From contig PLCF01000065.1 in NCBI GenBank assembly GCA_003135555.1, positions 1 to 13,779 on the forward strand: a stretch of 13,779 nucleotides of DNA, given 5' to 3'. The notes below the pieces were generated by a model, which worked only from the letters and a program-made list of their open reading frames with translations, was not told where the DNA came from and made no database searches. A program made the position numbers and the translations under genes. Shown here piece after piece: positions 10,901 through 13,779 of this stretch (its first letter is position 1; the number at the start of each line of letters is the position of its first letter). Source of the stretch: Vulcanimicrobiota bacterium. GTDB lineage: Bacteria > Vulcanimicrobiota > Vulcanimicrobiia > Vulcanimicrobiales > Vulcanimicrobiaceae.

Positions 10901-13165
10901 TCGCAGCGCGGCGGCGCCGTCGCGGCCGCTCTCGACGTGCGCGGAACGCACGGAGCGCTGCGCGCGAAGGGAACGATGGTCGCCGCCGCGGGTGATCCCG
11001 TGCGTGCGTTTGAGCGCGCGACCTATCGCGCCGACGTTCAGGCACAGGCCGTCGATCTGGCCACCTGGCTGCCGCCGTTCGGGATCACGGCGCCGATCTT
11101 GGGCCAAGTCGATGCGCGCGGCGCGATTTCCGGGCGCTGGCCGCGCTTGGGGGTCAGCGGCGACGCGTCGCTGGCCGGCGGATCGATCTTCGGTTACAAG
11201 GTGGTCGAGGGGCGCGTTCACGCCACCGGCGACGGTGCGCGCATCGCGCTCTCCAATACCGTGTTGGATCTGGGCTTCGCGCGCTTCGACGCCGGCGGCT
11301 CGTTCGGTTTCAGCGCGAACGCCCCGCTCGCGCTCTCGGTTCGGGCGCAGGCTCCCGACATCGCCAAAGCGCTGGCGAGCGCGTTCCCCAAGGCGCCGCA
11401 CTACGATCTCGGCGGCGCGCTCGAAACCGGCGCCCGGATCACCGGCACGTTCGCAAAGCCGCTCGCAACGGTGGGCTTCCAGCTCACGAACGCGCGCTAC
11501 GCGTCGCTGGCCGTCCCGCGCATCCTGGGAAGCGTCGAGTACGACGGCCGGCTGCTCGCGGTCCACGATGCGGAGGCGACCTTTGCGAAAGGCAGCGTCT
11601 TGGTCGCCGGCTCGCTGCCGTTCTCGCTCAACCCGTTGGGCGTCGACCAGAAGGCGCCGCTGTCGTTCACCTTGGGGCTGAGCGGGCTGGATCTGGCGCC
11701 GTTCGCGCCGTTCGTTCCGGGTCCGCAGACCAAACTGGGCGGGACGCTCGACGGTCGCCTCGCGTTCGAAGGTTCGACGGGCGCGCCGCGGGTGGTCGGC
11801 AACGTCGCGCTGTCCGACGGGATGTACGTCTCGGGGCTCGACCGCGCCGCGATCACCAAGGCGAATGCTCAACTCGCCTTCCTCGGCACGAGCGTCGCGC
11901 TCGAAGCCTTGCACGCCAACCTCGGCGGCGGGACGCTCGACGGCAGCGGCCGCCTCGATCTTCCGTTCCCGGAGGTCCACACCAGCAACTATGCGATCGC
12001 GCTCGTCGCGCACGGCGCGCGGGTCGACTCGCCGCAGTACGGCCGCGGGACGATCGACGGAACGATGCAACTGCGCAGCGGGGCGACGATGCCGGTCCTG
12101 ACCGGCGACGTCGCCCTCACCAACGCGTCGATTCCGATCCTGTCGATCTACCGCGACGTCAGCGGCGGCGCAGCGGCCGGCGCAGCCGGCGCCAAGCCCT
12201 TCGACATCGGGTTCGACGTCACCGCGCACGCCGGAAAGAACGTGCGCGTGCAAGCGTCGTCGCCGTACATCGACATCGGGACCTCGGGCACGGTCGTGCT
12301 GACCGGGACGCTGGGGTCGCCCAAGCTCGACGGCGTGCTCACCGCGTCGCCGGGCGGCGTCTTCTCGACCTACAACCGTGCCTTCCGCGTTCAAGCGGCG
12401 ACGGTCACGTTCTCGCCGGCGCAAGGCATGCTGCCCTACATCGCGCTGCGCGCCTACGCGCACGTCACCAATCCCGATCCCGATCCGACCCGCAACGCCG
12501 TCGGCAGCGCGGACATCACCGTGACCGTCGACGGGCCGGCCGACGAGCTCGCGGCCGGCACCGGGTCGGCGATCGTCTACGCCTCCAACCCCCCGTACTC
12601 GCAGGAACAGATCGTCGGCCTGCTGCTCGACGCGTCGGTTTTCGGCGCGGTCAACTTCGGGCAGCAGCAGAACGGCACGACGCTGCGCGGCGCGCCGGGC
12701 GAGTCGAACCCGCTGCTCCCGCCGGGCGTTACGCCGTATCAAACCGGCGTGATCAACTTCAACCAAGAAGCGTTCTCGATCCTCAACGGGCAGGTTTTGC
12801 AACGCTTCCTGGCGCCGATCGAACGCATCTTCACCGGGCGGTTCGGGCTCACCGACTTCGAGATCACCACCGACTACGGTGGCGGCATCGGCTACAACGC
12901 GCTCAAACAGCTAGGCCCCCGCGACGTGTACGCCAGCTTCGGGCAGACGCTCACGACGCCGGTACGCACCTTCGCCGGCTTTACCTCACGCCCCAACGCG
13001 ACCACGTCGATCCAATTCAACTACTTCACCCAGAACGGCAACCCGGCGATCACCAGCAACGCCAACGGGACGCAGGCGGTCACCACGACGACGCGGCTCA
13101 AAGGGATTCAGGCGCTGTCGAACCGCCAGGGATTCACCTTCTCGATCGTCCGCAAGTATCCGTAA
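7901..13165 (+). CDS. tamB: AsmA-like / TamB (DUF490)-family large periplasm-spanning protein
   Basis: 1754 aa with a basic N-terminus and single hydrophobic anchor (RRVVIVAAAVAALLVVLIAAR). AsmA-type N-terminal strands (ISILKPVLTITRHADGTLTF) and Gly-rich amphipathic beta repeats throughout. TamB-like C-terminus (LTGTLGSPKLDG...ITVTVDGPA...YASNPPYSQEQIVGLLL). Directly upstream of an Omp85-like gene. The start could instead be GTG 7910. Confidence 0.8.
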   Translation: MFGVRASRRVVIVAAAVAALLVVLIAARHAIARSVLQSVLSGATGYQVTIGDQTLGTHHAVLFDVHVVKNGDPVLDAQRVDVEYALRDIFPGGQHRFGFAAISILKPVLTITRHADGTLTFNRTGGTSGAPPTATRKAAAPYYFTARVRDGVIRLVDVAPLQPDLANQSIENVSIDASVKSDARTTAKVDGILLGRRAPGAALSRFPLAERTVIDVQRGISLSTIRAAELPLRGVLGFVIHSRAVRFDDGVLANVDARYFALASRPDQDFAYRLGGGADLRGGRIAVAGLAREVRDLQAPLIVTDDTLAATSIDGTVGGAPLHGRGALYDLFGRPSVRLALSGDGDLRDLRGLFNFSAHLPLSGAAHLETVLESELAHPLVRTSLDAQRITYARYPLEALDGVVDFYNGTVSVGGMRGRFGVANLMLGGRVILSRAGNDVVFALSGHGPGRSLPYAEVVAPDADVVAEVLLEQPPGQGYTARGTIAANGRTTGSGTFAVNPRGVGEFGPFLFTRAGESLAGGFELQRPISLSAGWLHARGFRLADVRKAAVLPGVRVPALPALAGVIDGDLAGGGTPDAFGLAGVLRGRDLRYGRYALGSGSVRLGGTMGDVRLAAIQLDGPLGRFSGNGAYTQGLFALDGRYDGSLAQLRPFIADTSARGEVHGPVRATLAQNRIVVQTTGAALSGGSVRGVAVDRVAGTIAVDGNALRVVAADGSVGGARAVAADAGGPFLVSAPELPVAALRGTGIPLGSGLVSVYGEADLRGGAPRFDGVVGLTDGVASGFPVSGGADLALSGGTARISSGVGALGKTYGIFTGQVGGIGATGPGALAYDLNADVPIGDVAELRHALRLPVKYLEGSFSATLRVRGSGARPTVAGDVSAPEGSYNGLAFRDARAGVALTRNSLAASGGSLTVGSTHALVDASMSITGRAFAVDARSANANLADFNDYFDEAETLDGHGRVALDFANDGRTTRTTGRVNVADLRYRRFTFGATDATWSQRGGAVAAALDVRGTHGALRAKGTMVAAAGDPVRAFERATYRADVQAQAVDLATWLPPFGITAPILGQVDARGAISGRWPRLGVSGDASLAGGSIFGYKVVEGRVHATGDGARIALSNTVLDLGFARFDAGGSFGFSANAPLALSVRAQAPDIAKALASAFPKAPHYDLGGALETGARITGTFAKPLATVGFQLTNARYASLAVPRILGSVEYDGRLLAVHDAEATFAKGSVLVAGSLPFSLNPLGVDQKAPLSFTLGLSGLDLAPFAPFVPGPQTKLGGTLDGRLAFEGSTGAPRVVGNVALSDGMYVSGLDRAAITKANAQLAFLGTSVALEALHANLGGGTLDGSGRLDLPFPEVHTSNYAIALVAHGARVDSPQYGRGTIDGTMQLRSGATMPVLTGDVALTNASIPILSIYRDVSGGAAAGAAGAKPFDIGFDVTAHAGKNVRVQASSPYIDIGTSGTVVLTGTLGSPKLDGVLTASPGGVFSTYNRAFRVQAATVTFSPAQGMLPYIALRAYAHVTNPDPDPTRNAVGSADITVTVDGPADELAAGTGSAIVYASNPPYSQEQIVGLLLDASVFGAVNFGQQQNGTTLRGAPGESNPLLPPGVTPYQTGVINFNQEAFSILNGQVLQRFLAPIERIFTGRFGLTDFEITTDYGGGIGYNALKQLGPRDVYASFGQTLTTPVRTFAGFTSRPNATTSIQFNYFTQNGNPAITSNANGTQAVTTTTRLKGIQALSNRQGFTFSIVRKYP

Positions 13166-13262
13166 CCCGGAGCTGGCGAGCGCCGGCATAGCTGCACGGA
13201 ACCGTCAAGGCGGCCGGTGGGCCTGCAAGGCCATCACGGCGGCGCGTCGTACCCTCCAGGCC

Positions 13263-13289
13263 GGGAACGTGCCCGGCTCATCCCGCGTT
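13263..13289 (+). promoter_or_regulatory. Putative ECF-sigma promoter upstream of bamA
   Basis: GGGAAC (13263-13268), 17 nt, then CGTT (13286-13289). Exact match to the GGAAY-N18-GTT pattern of actinobacterial SigR/SigH-type ECF promoters. Confidence 0.6.
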
Positions 13290-13366
13290 AACCCCTCATC
13301 GCAGCCCGGCGTCGCCCACGGCGACCGCTAACCGGGACTCCACATCGTACGAAGGACGTCTTCCGC

Positions 13367-13779
13367 TTGTTCGAACGGTTCCGCCGCACACCGCGCACCG
13401 TGCTCGCCGTGTTTGCGCTCCTCGGTCTGACGATGCCGCCCGCCCTCGCGGCGCCGGCGGCCCCCACCGTGGTCTCGGTCTCGGTGACCGGCAACGCGCA
13501 CATTCCAACCGACCGCATCCTGTCCGTCGTCAAGACGAAGGTGGGCGATCCGTTCGATCCGGCTGCCGTGCAGCAGGACTTGCGCGCGATCGCCGATCTC
13601 GGGTTCTTCGCCGACCAGGCGCCGCCGATCATCAAGCAGCGCCCTGACGGGGTCGCGGTGACCTTCCGCGTGATCGAGAACCCGGTCGTCAGCTCGATCC
13701 GGTTCCAGGGCAACCGGAGCGTCTCGGCCGACACCCTGCTGGCGCTCATGGATACCGCGCCGGGCCAGGTCTTCAACAT
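13367..13779 (+). CDS. bamA: BamA/Omp85-family outer-membrane assembly protein, N-terminal POTRA domains (3' end outside the window)
   Basis: Not in the ORF track. TTG 13367 follows AAGGA (13352-13356), with an in-frame stop upstream at 13289-13291. Translation: MFERFRRTPRTVLAVFALLGLTMPPALA|APAAPTVVSVSVTGNAHIPTDRILSVVKTKVGDPFDPAAVQQDLRAIADLGFF...VTFRVIENPVVSSIRFQGNRSVSADTLLALMDTAPGQVFN. This is a signal peptide, POTRA1 and the start of POTRA2. The beta-barrel is not visible. Confidence 0.85.
   Translation, partial: MFERFRRTPRTVLAVFALLGLTMPPALAAPAAPTVVSVSVTGNAHIPTDRILSVVKTKVGDPFDPAAVQQDLRAIADLGFFADQAPPIIKQRPDGVAVTFRVIENPVVSSIRFQGNRSVSADTLLALMDTAPGQVFN

Noticed and set aside
10025..12802. 925-aa antisense ORF over tamB, and the other short overlapping ORFs
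   Set aside because: Same shadow-ORF artefact: low-information R/A/G/V composition and complete overlap with a better-supported gene.
13288..13779. 163-aa minus-strand ORF at the right edge
   Set aside because: It is antisense to the signal-peptide plus POTRA reading frame, which the ORF track missed because it has no stop within the window.

Overview
This is a GC-rich bacterial chromosomal replication-origin region. The minus strand carries rpmH-rnpA-yidD (yidD runs off the left edge). The plus strand carries dnaA, a likely oriC, dnaN, recF, a DUF721/DciA-like gene with a C4 zinc-finger and C-terminal extension, and gyrB. gyrB is followed not by gyrA but by a 1754-aa AsmA/TamB-like gene and the 5' part of a POTRA-containing BamA/Omp85-like gene. 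DnaA-box clusters flank dnaA on both sides, and DnaA-trios with an AT-rich tract lie just upstream of dnaN. Gram-positive-type replication proteins together with outer-membrane machinery suggest a diderm Terrabacteria member, possibly Eremiobacterota (inference only). I saw no mobile elements, CRISPR arrays or RNA genes. Most of the window is conserved housekeeping. The most interesting signals are a shared ECF-sigma-like promoter (GGGAAC-N17-CGTY) before both gyrB and bamA, the extended DciA, and the tamB-bamA pair in the usual gyrA slot.
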